Origin: an uncultured bacterium
GTDB lineage: Bacteria > Gemmatimonadota > Gemmatimonadetes > Gemmatimonadales > GWC2-71-9
Reading direction: 5' to 3'
DNA length: 64,000 bases
Assembly: GCA_965651205.1 (NCBI GenBank)
Contig: CBFGRM010000005.1
Location: 6,677 to 70,676, forward strand
In this document: positions 21,701 through 30,508 of the stretch, in pieces
How positions within the stretch are numbered: position 1 is the stretch's first letter
How the letters are laid out: each line of letters starts with the position of its first letter
Made by a program: the position numbers and the translations under genes
Notes under the pieces: model-generated
What the model was told of the DNA's origin: nothing
The model's database searches: none
The model's input: only the letters and a program-made list of their open reading frames with translations

Positions 21701-21924
21701 ACGTGCGGATGCTGCAGCTTGGCCGCAAGGAGGACTTCCCGCCGGAATCGCTCCACCGAAATCCCGGCGAGCAATTCGGGCGCGAGCACCTTGATCACCA
21801 CTCGGCGCTGTAGGGCGGTCTCGACGGCAAGGTAGGTGCGCGACATTCCGCCACCGCCCAGCTCGCGTTCGATGCTGTGACCGCCCTCCAGTGCCGTTTC
21901 CAGGCGGGAGCGGATATCGTCCAT
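18766..21924 (-). CDS. Membrane Ser/Thr protein kinase with extracytoplasmic TPR-rich domain
   Basis: 1052 aa. Hanks kinase motifs are present (VIKVL, HRDIKPDNVLL, DFGIAKA, GTPAYMAPE). These are followed by hydrophobic helices and a long C-terminal repeat region with TPR-like periodicity. Confidence 0.9.
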   Translation of the reverse strand: MDDIRSRLETALEGGHSIERELGGGGMSRTYLAVETALQRRVVIKVLAPELLAGISVERFRREVLLAAKLQHPHVVPVLTAGEIDDLPWFTMPYVDGDSLRQRLEHGALPIGEAVSILRDVARALAYAHGQGIVHRDIKPDNVLLSAGSATVTDFGIAKAISAARTDAGQHGATLTQVGTSIGTPAYMAPEQAAGDPDTDHRADLYAFGVMAYEIIAGRTPFVASTPTKLLAAHLSEEPVSVLELRPDCPAPLAALVMTCLAKDPAERPQTAAEIVRVLDTITSSGGVVTVPAILKGGRIRLGRALAIWAVATALVSLTAWAARDAIGLPDWVLPGSFGVMLAGLPVLLVTAWVQRVTHRVLTATPQRTPAAQGTMATLAIKASPHLSWRRAWLGGAVAVGGFALLVVAFMVMRAMGIGPMASLQAKGTFGSDEALMIADFRSPPSDSTLGVTLAEALRADLAQSSSLDILTRSEIREAMLLMQRPVEESVLYDVAREIATREGAKAVLDGGISQVGKRYVITARLVSTLEGTDLAVFRQEAADENDILPALGRLAREVRSRAGESLRTIRASSELERVTTPSLIALRKYVEGSRLADEKGESERGIALLREAVAIDTAFAMAWRKLAVLISNTGRDYDGMLDAISTAYRHRDRLTEMERLLTEGFYYSRGPERDLSKALAAYESAADLDSLSTAALNNAASIFSEMHQYEKAEQYYRKVVRLPRAFGGGFVNLLLSQIRNRRSAAALDSTVELYRATLPESIDFWEAEWHAAWGKGDPKTADSIAAAIAADPRSLRQGLGSTFKLATLAEYRGQISETRRWLARYRETLEDAEPGVANQINAALDSAYLEAMYGDPEAAAAMVRRALDRTPIREIPASRRPWSYLNSLGAVMGDADLARQGLEGWERDQASIDGDPVARRAEYASMVAYAERRWDDVISSITAAERGFAIPIRTAQVYRGIAYMESGRPDSAIVSFEKFLQGLDPDGLTDAIFRADVLRRMGELHEARGDRARAIDYYLQLTTQWADADPELQPKVREIRERIARLRGETG

Positions 21925-22039
21925 ACGGAGCCAATCTGACTGGGAAACAGTGCCGTATTATGGAGCCGACTTCCCGGCTAAGCTAGGCCAGCGTGGAATC
22001 GCCGGCCAGCGGAAGCCGCTCCGGGGGTATTTTACAACT

Positions 22040-22942
22040 ATGAGCAACTCGTCCCGCATCGTCCGAGTCGGCCTGGTCCAGCAGCGCGCCAGCGCCGACC
22101 CCGCCGCCAATCTGGAACACGCCATCGAGGGAATCCGCGAGGCCGCTTCCCGTGGTGCGCAGATCGTCTGCCTCCAGGAATTGTTCGGCTGGTACTACTT
22201 CTGCCAGCGCGAGGACCACGACTTCTTCTCGCTGGCTGAGCCGATTCCGGGCCCCACCACCGAACGCCTGCAGGCGGTGGCCGCCGAACTCGGCGTGGTG
22301 ATCATCGCCTCGCTGTTCGAGCGTCGCGCCGCCGGGCTCTATCACAACACCGCCGCGGTCATCGACGCCGACGGGTCGTACCTGGGCAAGTATCGCAAGA
22401 TGCACATCCCCGACGACCCCCAGTTCTACGAGAAGTTCTACTTCGCGCCCGGCGATCTCGGCTTCAGGAGCTGGGATACCCGGTTCGGCCGAATCGGTGT
22501 GCTGATCTGCTGGGATCAGTGGTACCCGGAAGCGGCCAGGCTCACCGCGCTCACGGGCGCGGAGATCCTGTTCTATCCCACCGCAATCGGCTGGTTGCCA
22601 CCGGAAAAGGCGGAGTACGGCGAGCGGCAGCAGGCGGCCTGGGAGACGATCCAGAAGAGTCACGCGGTGGCCAACGGCGTGTACGTCTGCGCGATCAACC
22701 GGGTGGGTCACGAGGTGCTGCCCGACAGCGAACCCGATGCCCCGGGGGTCGAGTTCTGGGGCGGCTCGTTCGTCGCCGACCCCAACGGCAGGGTCATCGC
22801 CAAGGCCGGTCGCGACGAGGAAGTGATCGTGGCCGACTGCGACCTGGCGGCGGTCGACGTGGTGCGCACTCACTGGCCGTTCCTGCGCGATCGTCGCATC
22901 GACGCCTACGAGGAGCTCACCAAGCGCTACCGCGATGAGTGA
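22040..22942 (+). CDS. aguB: N-carbamoylputrescine amidase (CN-hydrolase)
   Basis: Start taken at ATG 22040 (MSNSSRIVRVGLVQQ). The nitrilase-superfamily Glu-Lys-Cys triad context is present (VCLQELF, YRKMHIP, VLICWDQWYPE). Confidence 0.85.
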   Translation: MSNSSRIVRVGLVQQRASADPAANLEHAIEGIREAASRGAQIVCLQELFGWYYFCQREDHDFFSLAEPIPGPTTERLQAVAAELGVVIIASLFERRAAGLYHNTAAVIDADGSYLGKYRKMHIPDDPQFYEKFYFAPGDLGFRSWDTRFGRIGVLICWDQWYPEAARLTALTGAEILFYPTAIGWLPPEKAEYGERQQAAWETIQKSHAVANGVYVCAINRVGHEVLPDSEPDAPGVEFWGGSFVADPNGRVIAKAGRDEEVIVADCDLAAVDVVRTHWPFLRDRRIDAYEELTKRYRDE

Positions 22943-24002
22943 GTCGGTGCCCTTCTCACCCGGCAGCCCCGCTGCACGCGGGTTCCGGATGCCGGCCGAG
23001 TGGATGCCGCACCGCGGCACCTGGTTGTCGTGGCCACACCGCGAGTCGTCGTGGCCCGGCAACTTCACCCCGATACCGGCCACCGTGGCGGAGATGATCC
23101 GCCACCTGGCGCCGCACGAGGAAGTGCACCTCAACGTCGCCGACACCGCGATGGAATTCTCCGCGCGAGAGGTGCTCGCCGCAGCCAACGTGAGCACCGA
23201 CAACGTCTTCTTCCATCACTTCCCCACCAATGATGCCTGGTGTCGCGACCACGGCCCGATCTTCGTCCAGCGCACGATGGAAGACGGCAGTCGCGAGCAG
23301 ATGATCACCGACTGGGGCTACAACGCGTGGGGCGGCAAGTACCCCCCATTCGATCTCGACGACCAGATTCCGCGTCGCGTCGCCGAGGAGTTCGGCATAC
23401 CGGTCGTGTCACCGGGAATGATCCTCGAGGGCGGCTCGATCGATGTCAACGGCCTGGGCACCCTGCTCACCACCGAACAGTGCCTGCTGCATCCCAACCG
23501 CAATCCCGACCTGGGCCGGGAGGAGATTGAGCAGCGACTCCGCGACAATCTCGGCGTCACCAACATTCTCTGGTTGGGCGAGGGAATCGTCGGCGACGAC
23601 ACCGACGGCCATATCGATGATATCACCCGGTTCGTCGACGAACACACGGTCGTGACAGTGGTGGAACCCGACCCCAGCGACCCGAATCACGAGATCCTGG
23701 CTGACAACCTTGCCCGATTGCACCATATGCGTGACCAGGACGGCGAGCCGTTCCGGATCATCACGCTGCCGATGCCGAGTCCGGTCGTGTACCAGGGCGA
23801 GCGACTGCCAGCCAGCTACGCCAACTTCTACATCGGCAACGGGGTGGTGCTGCTGCCCGGCTACGACCTCGAACGAGACGAGATCGCGAGGCAGGTGTTG
23901 CAGGATTGCTTCCCGGATCGTGCGGTGGTGGTGATCGACTGCACCGCGCTGATCTGGGGCCTGGGCGCGTTCCACTGCCTGTCCCAGCAGTGGCCCAGCT
24001 GA
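22935..24002 (+). CDS. aguA: Agmatine deiminase
   Basis: It has GFRMPAEWMPH near the N-terminus, DTDGHIDD, and the C-terminal catalytic Cys context GAFHCLSQQ. It overlaps aguB by 8 nt. An alternative start is ATG 22989. Confidence 0.9.
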   Translation: MSESVPFSPGSPAARGFRMPAEWMPHRGTWLSWPHRESSWPGNFTPIPATVAEMIRHLAPHEEVHLNVADTAMEFSAREVLAAANVSTDNVFFHHFPTNDAWCRDHGPIFVQRTMEDGSREQMITDWGYNAWGGKYPPFDLDDQIPRRVAEEFGIPVVSPGMILEGGSIDVNGLGTLLTTEQCLLHPNRNPDLGREEIEQRLRDNLGVTNILWLGEGIVGDDTDGHIDDITRFVDEHTVVTVVEPDPSDPNHEILADNLARLHHMRDQDGEPFRIITLPMPSPVVYQGERLPASYANFYIGNGVVLLPGYDLERDEIARQVLQDCFPDRAVVVIDCTALIWGLGAFHCLSQQWPS

Positions 24003-24057
24003 GACGCTGGCCGTGAGACGGTCCGGAAGCCGGGCTGGCGTCGGTTAGCTTTCCGCG

Positions 24058-24450
24058 ATGCCAGACCTCTTTTCTCCGGCCGGTATCGCCGAGTGGCGCA
24101 ACCGGTTGGAGCATTCCACGGCGTTCCGCGATGCGGCCGGCAAGTGGACCGGCACCGTGCTGTTGGTGGAGAGCAACCGGCCCGAGGTGGACCGCGCGAC
24201 ATTCGTGGCCGTCGACCAGGGCGCGATAGTCGCCGCCAATCCCGCGACAGCCGAACAGGAGGCCCAGACCGAGTTCGTGCTCTCTGCCTCGGCGCCAACC
24301 TGGCGGAACCTGACCACCGGCAATCTCGAGTTGATTTCGGCAGCGTTGTCAGGGCAGCTCAGGCTGGAGCGCGGCAGCGTGTTGCGGCTGATTCCGCACG
24401 CGCGCGCCGCATCTGTCCTGCTCCGTGAGGCGGGAGGAGACCAGGCCTAG
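24058..24450 (+). CDS. SCP2 sterol-carrier-like domain protein
   Basis: 130 aa. The overall pattern is SCP2-like, with the C-terminal LISAALSGQLRLERGSVLRLI resembling the SCP2 (G.L...G) end. This is a weak call made by eye. Confidence 0.55.
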   Translation: MPDLFSPAGIAEWRNRLEHSTAFRDAAGKWTGTVLLVESNRPEVDRATFVAVDQGAIVAANPATAEQEAQTEFVLSASAPTWRNLTTGNLELISAALSGQLRLERGSVLRLIPHARAASVLLREAGGDQA

Positions 24451-26333
24451 CCGAGTGCGATCGGCGCGGCGAGCACCGAATCCGGAATGCCGAAGCCCTC
24501 GGTGACCTGTTCCGCGATCGGCCGCAGCTCCTGGCAGCACTTGTTGGCCAGATAGCGGATGCCCTTTGCCTTGGGCGTCTCGACCACGCCGCTCATCAGG
24601 AACCAGCCCAGGTCGGCTTCCACGCGTGAAGCCCAGAAGGTGTCCCGCAGCAGCCCGAGCAGCGGTGCCAGTGAACTGTCGGCCCGGCGCTCCTCGGCGA
24701 CGATCGCCTCCAGCGCCACTCGTTCGACGTGCGAGGTGGCGAGGTGCGTGAGGTGGTCGGCCACATCGTGCATCGCCTTGATCGGGTCGCGCTTGAGGCC
24801 GGCGCGCAATCGTCGCGCAGCGGCATCAAGAATGCGCTCCTCGCGATATCGCAGCAGGGCCAGTTGCTGGCCGGGGTCGCGCAGGTGGTCCTCGTCGTCG
24901 CGACGCGCAGTGACCGGATTGAGCGCCTTCATCGCCCGCTTCGCCCGCCTGCCCAGCAGGCGGATCACGCCGATCTCCGCGAACTCCTGCTGGTAGCCCG
25001 ACAGCAGCGCCTTGGACAGCAACTGATACAGGACGGTGTTGTCGCCTTCGAACGTGGTCCACACATCGATGTCCTGCCTGATCGCCGCGATTCGGTTCTC
25101 GACCAGATAGCCCTGGCCCCCGCAGCATTCGCGGGCCTGGGTGATCGCGTCCTGCGCGAACCAGGTTGTGTACGCCTTGAGGCCGGCGGCAAGTCCCTCC
25201 AACTCGCGGTTCGACTCGCCGGCGCTCTGCACGAAGCGATCCACCAGTTGCGACAGCGCCAGGTCGAGTACGATGCTGGTGGCCAGTGCCGGCATCAACC
25301 GGCGCTGGTGAGTGCGATAGTCCAGCAGCGGCGTGGTGTTGCCGCCTTCGGGGCCGAACTGCCGACGACGATTGCCGTACCGGATCGCCACCGTGAGAGC
25401 ACTCTTGACCGCGGACAGGCCGGACAGGCCGATGGTGATCCGGCCACCAACCAGCGTGCCGATCATCGTGAAGAACCGCCGGCCATCACTCTCGATCGGT
25501 GAACTGTAGCTACCGTCTGCCGCCACGTCACCGAATCGGTTCAGCAGGTGCCTGCGCGGGATCCGGACGTTGTCGAACCAGATCCTGCCGTTGTCGATTC
25601 CGTTGAGTCCTTCCTTGATGCCCGAATCACCCAGCGTGACACCGGGCATCGCGTTTCCATGCTCATCGCGGATCGGTACCAGGAAGGCGTGTACACCGTG
25701 GTTCTCGCTCCCGGTGATCAATTGTGCGAACACCGTCGCCATCCTGCCGTGGGCAGCGACGTTGCCGATCCATTCCTTGTGCGCCTTGGGGTGCGGCGTG
25801 TGGATCACGAACGAATCGGTGGCGGGATCGAAGGTCGCGGTGGTCTCCAGGTCACGAACGTTGGAGCCGCTGCCCAGCTCGCTCATCGCGAACGCGCCCA
25901 GCAGCTCGCCGCGCGATATCGCCGGCAGGAAGGTGCGGTGATGCCACTCGGTGCCGAGGAGCTGGACGCTGCCCTGGAACAGGCCGAACTGCACCCCGAA
26001 CTTGATCGTCAGTGACAGGTCGTGATACGCCAGCGTCTCGAACACCGCCAGGAAGGCACGCGGGTCGTCGGCGCCGCCGTACTGCCTGGGCACTGCCAGC
26101 GCCCCGAGACCGTCGCCGGCCAGCAGATCCAGCCACTGCTTGACCTGGGCCCGGTACTCGACGGTGGACAGGCCGTAGCGGTAGGCAAACTGCGGGTCGG
26201 TGAGCCGCTCGCGCACCCGGTCGCGGATGCCGTGTTCGGGGCCGTCGAGCAGCGCCCGGAGTCCGGCGACATCGACCGGCGGCGAGGGGCGGAGCGGAGC
26301 GGGCTGCGGCTTGGAAGTGTCGGGTGCGGCCAT
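24447..26333 (-). CDS. Acyl-CoA oxidase / long acyl-CoA dehydrogenase family protein
   Basis: 628 aa, too long for a standard ACAD. It has ACX-like regions: GAFAMSELGSGSNVRDLETTATFDP..DSFVIHTP...KEWIGN, HAFLVPIRD, and a C-terminal acyl-CoA oxidase-type extension. Confidence 0.8.
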   Translation of the reverse strand: MAAPDTSKPQPAPLRPSPPVDVAGLRALLDGPEHGIRDRVRERLTDPQFAYRYGLSTVEYRAQVKQWLDLLAGDGLGALAVPRQYGGADDPRAFLAVFETLAYHDLSLTIKFGVQFGLFQGSVQLLGTEWHHRTFLPAISRGELLGAFAMSELGSGSNVRDLETTATFDPATDSFVIHTPHPKAHKEWIGNVAAHGRMATVFAQLITGSENHGVHAFLVPIRDEHGNAMPGVTLGDSGIKEGLNGIDNGRIWFDNVRIPRRHLLNRFGDVAADGSYSSPIESDGRRFFTMIGTLVGGRITIGLSGLSAVKSALTVAIRYGNRRRQFGPEGGNTTPLLDYRTHQRRLMPALATSIVLDLALSQLVDRFVQSAGESNRELEGLAAGLKAYTTWFAQDAITQARECCGGQGYLVENRIAAIRQDIDVWTTFEGDNTVLYQLLSKALLSGYQQEFAEIGVIRLLGRRAKRAMKALNPVTARRDDEDHLRDPGQQLALLRYREERILDAAARRLRAGLKRDPIKAMHDVADHLTHLATSHVERVALEAIVAEERRADSSLAPLLGLLRDTFWASRVEADLGWFLMSGVVETPKAKGIRYLANKCCQELRPIAEQVTEGFGIPDSVLAAPIALG

Positions 26334-26415
26334 AGCTGAAGGCTAACACCGCCAGACGATCCCGGACCAGCCGAATCGATTGGCCGATCTCGCTCCGCCA
26401 CCCTACGTTTCCGCC

Positions 26416-27651
26416 GTGTCGACTCCCCTGCTGGCGATCATCGGTGCCGGAGCGGCCGGCTGGATGGCGGCCTGCCACGCGGCCCGGCCCGGCCTTCGCG
26501 TGCTCCTGCTCGAGCGCGGAGACTCGGGTGGTCGCAAGATCCTGATCTCGGGAGGCGGCCGCTGCAACGTGCTGCCGGCCTCGCTGGACGAGCGCCGCTT
26601 CGTCACCGCAAGCTCCGCCAATTCGCTCCGCAAGATCCTCCGCGGCTGGCCCCACCACGAAATGCGCCTCTTCTTCGAGCACGATGCGGCACTGCCGCTG
26701 GTGGAAGAAGAGGCCACGGGCAAGCTGTTCCCGGTGGCCAACACATCGCGCTCGGTGCGCGATGCGCTGGTCAACCTGGCTTCCCGGCGCGGCGTCGAAG
26801 TCCGGACGCGCACCCTGGTGACTGCCCTGGTGCCGCAGGAGCAAGACTGGCGCATCGACACCGACAGCGGCGGCACCATCATCGCCGACGCGGTGATCCT
26901 GGCCACCGGTGGACTTTCGGTGCCCAGCACCGGCTCCGATGGCTTCGCCTTCCGCGCCCTCGAGCGGCTCGGCCACACGGTTCACGCCACCTATCCAGCG
27001 CTCACGCCGCTCACGATCAGTCCGCCGGTTTTCGGAGATCTCGCCGGCGTGTCACTCGACGTGTCGATCACGGCGCGCTCGTCCGCCGATACCCGCAAGG
27101 CCACTGGCGGCTTCCTGTTCACCCATCGCGGCTATTCCGGACCGGCCCTGCTGGATGTCTCGCACGTGGCGGTACGTGCACGACTGGCCGGCGAACCGCG
27201 TGCGGTGCTGACCGTGGCCTGGACCGACGCCGACGCCAGGCACTGGCAGCAACTGCTGCAACCTGCGCCCGGGCTGGTGGCGACCGTGCTCAGGCGTAGG
27301 CTTCCCGATCGCCTGGCGGAGCGGCTGATGAAAGAGGCCGATGTGGCACTGGACACTCCGCTGTCACGACTCGACCGCGGCGCACGTAGCCGACTGCTGG
27401 AGGCACTCACGGCGTTCAGGCTGCCGTGGAGTTCCGACGAGGGCTACCGCAAAGCCGAGGTGACCGGCGGTGGGCTGGCTCTCGACGAGGTGCATCCGGT
27501 CACGATGGAAAGCCGGATCCATCCCGGGCTGTTCATTGCCGGTGAATCGCTCGATGCCTTCGGCCCGATCGGTGGCTACAACTTCACCTGGGCCTGGGTC
27601 ACTGGCCGCCTGGCTGGGCGCGCCGCCGCCGCACGCGCCGCCGGGAGTTGA
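26416..27651 (+). CDS. BaiN/HI0933-like NAD(P)/FAD-dependent oxidoreductase
   Basis: It has the FAD Rossmann motif LAIIGAGAAGWMAA, SGGGRCN, and C-terminal LFIAGESLD..GPIGGYNF. The start is uncertain: TTG 26380 (track) or GTG 26416. Confidence 0.8.
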   Translation: MSTPLLAIIGAGAAGWMAACHAARPGLRVLLLERGDSGGRKILISGGGRCNVLPASLDERRFVTASSANSLRKILRGWPHHEMRLFFEHDAALPLVEEEATGKLFPVANTSRSVRDALVNLASRRGVEVRTRTLVTALVPQEQDWRIDTDSGGTIIADAVILATGGLSVPSTGSDGFAFRALERLGHTVHATYPALTPLTISPPVFGDLAGVSLDVSITARSSADTRKATGGFLFTHRGYSGPALLDVSHVAVRARLAGEPRAVLTVAWTDADARHWQQLLQPAPGLVATVLRRRLPDRLAERLMKEADVALDTPLSRLDRGARSRLLEALTAFRLPWSSDEGYRKAEVTGGGLALDEVHPVTMESRIHPGLFIAGESLDAFGPIGGYNFTWAWVTGRLAGRAAAARAAGS

Positions 27652-27686
27652 TAGTTTCCCTGCATTCCACGAACCCGAGAGGACCG

Positions 27687-30335
27687 ATGCGATTCCTGCG
27701 AGTGTTGGCGCTCTGCCTGTTCATCACCCCGCTGGCCGCGCAGCAGCGGTTGACACCTCCGGAGACAGCGCTCGGCTTTGCCATTGGCGCCGACTACCAG
27801 TTGGCCGACTACCAGCAACTGCATCGCTGGTGGGCGCAGCTCGCCGAGGAATCGCCGCGGATGATCCTCGACACCATCGGCACCACCGCCGAGGGACGGC
27901 AACAGGTGATGGCGATCATCTCCGCACCGGAGAACCTCGCCAGGCTGGAGGAGTTCCGCAGCATCGGCGAGCGGCTGGCGCGGGCCCGCGTCGATGAGGC
28001 CACCGCTCGCGAGCTCGCCGCCCGGGGCAAGGCAATCGTCTGGATCGACGGCGGCCTGCACTCCACCGAAGTGCTGGGACCGGTGCAATTGATGGAGCTG
28101 GTGTGGCAATTCGTGTCGCAGGATGACCCGGAGACGCTCAGGATCCTCGACGACGTGATCATCCTCGCGGTTCACGCCAATCCCGACGGGCACGACCTGG
28201 TGTCGGGCTGGTACAATCGCAACGCCGACACGCTGGAGCGGAGCATATCGGGCCTGCCCAGGCTCTACCAGAAGTACATCGGTCACGACAACAACCGCGA
28301 CTTCTATCGCAACGCCCAGCCGGAGTCGCGCAACATCAGCGCGGCGATGTACACCGAGTGGTACCCGCAGGTGATGTACAATCACCACCAGACCGGACCC
28401 GCCGGCACGGTGATGTTCGCGCCGCCGTTCCGCGATCCGTTCAACTATGTGTACGACCCGATGATCCCCACCGGACTCGACTTCGTCGGCGCGGCGATGC
28501 ATCGCCGCTTCACCGCCGAGGGAAAGGGCGGTGCGGTGTCGCGCGAGGCCGCCAACTATTCCACCTGGTGGAACGGCGGACTGCGCACCACGGCCTACTT
28601 TCACAACATCATCGGCATCCTCACTGAAACGATCGGCTCCCCCACCCCGATGCGGATCCCGCTCCGGCTCGACCGTCAACTCCCCGCCGGCGGGCAGGCG
28701 ATGCCGGTCGAGTGGGGTCCCTGGCACTTCCGCCAGTCGGTCGAATACTCGATGACCGCCAACCGTTCTATCCTCGACCTGGCGTCGCGGTATCGCGAAT
28801 CGGTGCTGTTCAACATCTGGCGTATGGGTCGCAACTCGATCGAACGCGGCAGCACCGACAACTGGACCCATTATCCCGCCCTGATCGAGGCGGCGCGTGT
28901 CGCGGCCGAGGGCAAGACCGGCAATGAAGCGGAAATGGCCAGCGCCGCGGTGCTCCGCGACCCGGCTCGACGCGACCCGAGGGCGTGGATCATCCCGGCC
29001 GGTCAGATGGAGATGGGCGCGGTGCTCGACTTCGTCGAGGCGATGCGGGTGTCGGGCATCGAGATGTCGCGCAGCACTGCAGAGTTCAGTGCAGGCGGTC
29101 AGCAGTACCCTGCCGGATCGATCGTCATCCGGGCCGACCAGGCGTTCCGGCCCTACCTGCTCGATATGTTCGAGGCGCAGGACCACCCTACCGACCTTCA
29201 ATATCCCGGCGGCCCTCCCAAGGCACCCTACGACAATGCCGGCTGGACGCTGGCGATGCAGATGGGCTTCGATTATGACCGGGTGTACGAGGCGATCGAC
29301 CCGCCGACGACCCCGCTGCCGATGGAGACACCGGCCACGGCGACAGCGCCGTTCAATCCCGGCGCCGGAGCCTGGCGACTCTCGCCCGGTGCCACCGATG
29401 CGTTCCTCGCAGTGAACCGGATACTCGCGGCCGGTGGTCGTGTGGAGCGCACCACCGATGGTGACTTCATCGCTCGTGGTGGCGAGGCGCGAACCGTGCT
29501 GGCAAGACTGGCCCGCGAGCGGGCGCTGATCACGTCAGCGGCGGGTACGGCACGCGGCACACCGGTCAGGCCGCTCCGGGTGGGCTTGTGGGATCGCTAT
29601 GGCGGCTCGATGCCGGCCGGTTGGACTCGCTGGATCTTCGAGCAGTACGAGCTGCCGTTCGAGCGGGTGTTCGCACCGAGACTCGATGCCGGCGACCTGA
29701 TCCGGGACTTCGACGTACTGGTGTTCGTCGATGGTGCGATTCCGTCGGCTTCCTCACGCGGCAGGCGTTTCGGCGGCGGCAACCCGCCAGCCAACCTGCC
29801 GGCGGAATACCGCGAGCAGTGGGGATCGGTGAGCGCCGACACCACCATCCCGGCACTCAGGGAGTTCATCGAGGCAGGTGGCAAGATCATCACCATCGGT
29901 TCCTCGACCAACCTTGCAGAACACTTCGGCATCCCGCTCGAATCGCACCTGAGCCAACGGCATCCCGACGGCACCGTGACTCCGCTGCAGCGCGACAATT
30001 ACTACGTGCCGGGTTCGCTGCTCGAAGTGGCGGTCGACAACAGCCATCCGGCAGCCCGCGGAGCCGATGATCACGCCATCGTGATGTTCGACAACTCCCC
30101 GGTGTTCCGGCTGCCGCCCGACGCCGCGATGCGTGGCATCCGTCCGATCGCCTGGTTCGACACCGCATCACCACTCCGCTCGGGCTGGGCACACGGACAG
30201 GCGTACCTGGAGAACGGCGTGGCGATGCTCTCCGCCGAGGTGGGCAAGGGAACGCTGTACCTGTACGGACCCGAGGTGCTGTTCCGGGCCCAGCCGACGG
30301 GGACGTTCAGGTTCGTGTTCAACGCGATGTACTAG
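27687..30335 (+). CDS. Secreted M14-family zinc carboxypeptidase-like protein with large C-terminal extension
   Basis: ATG 27687 follows gagagga. Signal peptide MRFLRVLALCLFITPLAAQ. HxxE zinc motif (IDGGLHSTEV). Total length 882 aa. Confidence 0.8.
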   Translation: MRFLRVLALCLFITPLAAQQRLTPPETALGFAIGADYQLADYQQLHRWWAQLAEESPRMILDTIGTTAEGRQQVMAIISAPENLARLEEFRSIGERLARARVDEATARELAARGKAIVWIDGGLHSTEVLGPVQLMELVWQFVSQDDPETLRILDDVIILAVHANPDGHDLVSGWYNRNADTLERSISGLPRLYQKYIGHDNNRDFYRNAQPESRNISAAMYTEWYPQVMYNHHQTGPAGTVMFAPPFRDPFNYVYDPMIPTGLDFVGAAMHRRFTAEGKGGAVSREAANYSTWWNGGLRTTAYFHNIIGILTETIGSPTPMRIPLRLDRQLPAGGQAMPVEWGPWHFRQSVEYSMTANRSILDLASRYRESVLFNIWRMGRNSIERGSTDNWTHYPALIEAARVAAEGKTGNEAEMASAAVLRDPARRDPRAWIIPAGQMEMGAVLDFVEAMRVSGIEMSRSTAEFSAGGQQYPAGSIVIRADQAFRPYLLDMFEAQDHPTDLQYPGGPPKAPYDNAGWTLAMQMGFDYDRVYEAIDPPTTPLPMETPATATAPFNPGAGAWRLSPGATDAFLAVNRILAAGGRVERTTDGDFIARGGEARTVLARLARERALITSAAGTARGTPVRPLRVGLWDRYGGSMPAGWTRWIFEQYELPFERVFAPRLDAGDLIRDFDVLVFVDGAIPSASSRGRRFGGGNPPANLPAEYREQWGSVSADTTIPALREFIEAGGKIITIGSSTNLAEHFGIPLESHLSQRHPDGTVTPLQRDNYYVPGSLLEVAVDNSHPAARGADDHAIVMFDNSPVFRLPPDAAMRGIRPIAWFDTASPLRSGWAHGQAYLENGVAMLSAEVGKGTLYLYGPEVLFRAQPTGTFRFVFNAMY

Positions 30336-30346
30336 GCCGCCCCGCT

Positions 30347-30477
30347 CGCGGCTGAAGCCGCGGCTCGGCGCGCCCCGTTGGGGCGCGTGTCGCTGAAGCG
30401 ACTGAGTCCTCTCAGGGCCCTCGTCGGTTTACCGACACCGCCGCTTCAGCGGCGGCCGAGCCGCGGGTTCACCCGCG
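30347..30477. repeat. 131-bp palindromic element made of seven consecutive stem-loops between convergent genes
   Basis: Hairpins read directly: 30347-30362 (cgcggc tgaa gccgcg), 30369-30387, 30389-30402 (gtcgc tgaa gcgac), 30403-30414, 30423-30436, 30438-30455 (ccgccgc ttca gcggcgg), 30462-30477 (cgcggg ttca cccgcg). The terminal 23-nt arms 30347-30369 and 30455-30477 are inverted repeats, 21/23 identical. Confidence 0.85.
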
Positions 30478-30508
30478 ATCCCGACCGCCTCCGCTCCTTA
30501 TGACTCCC

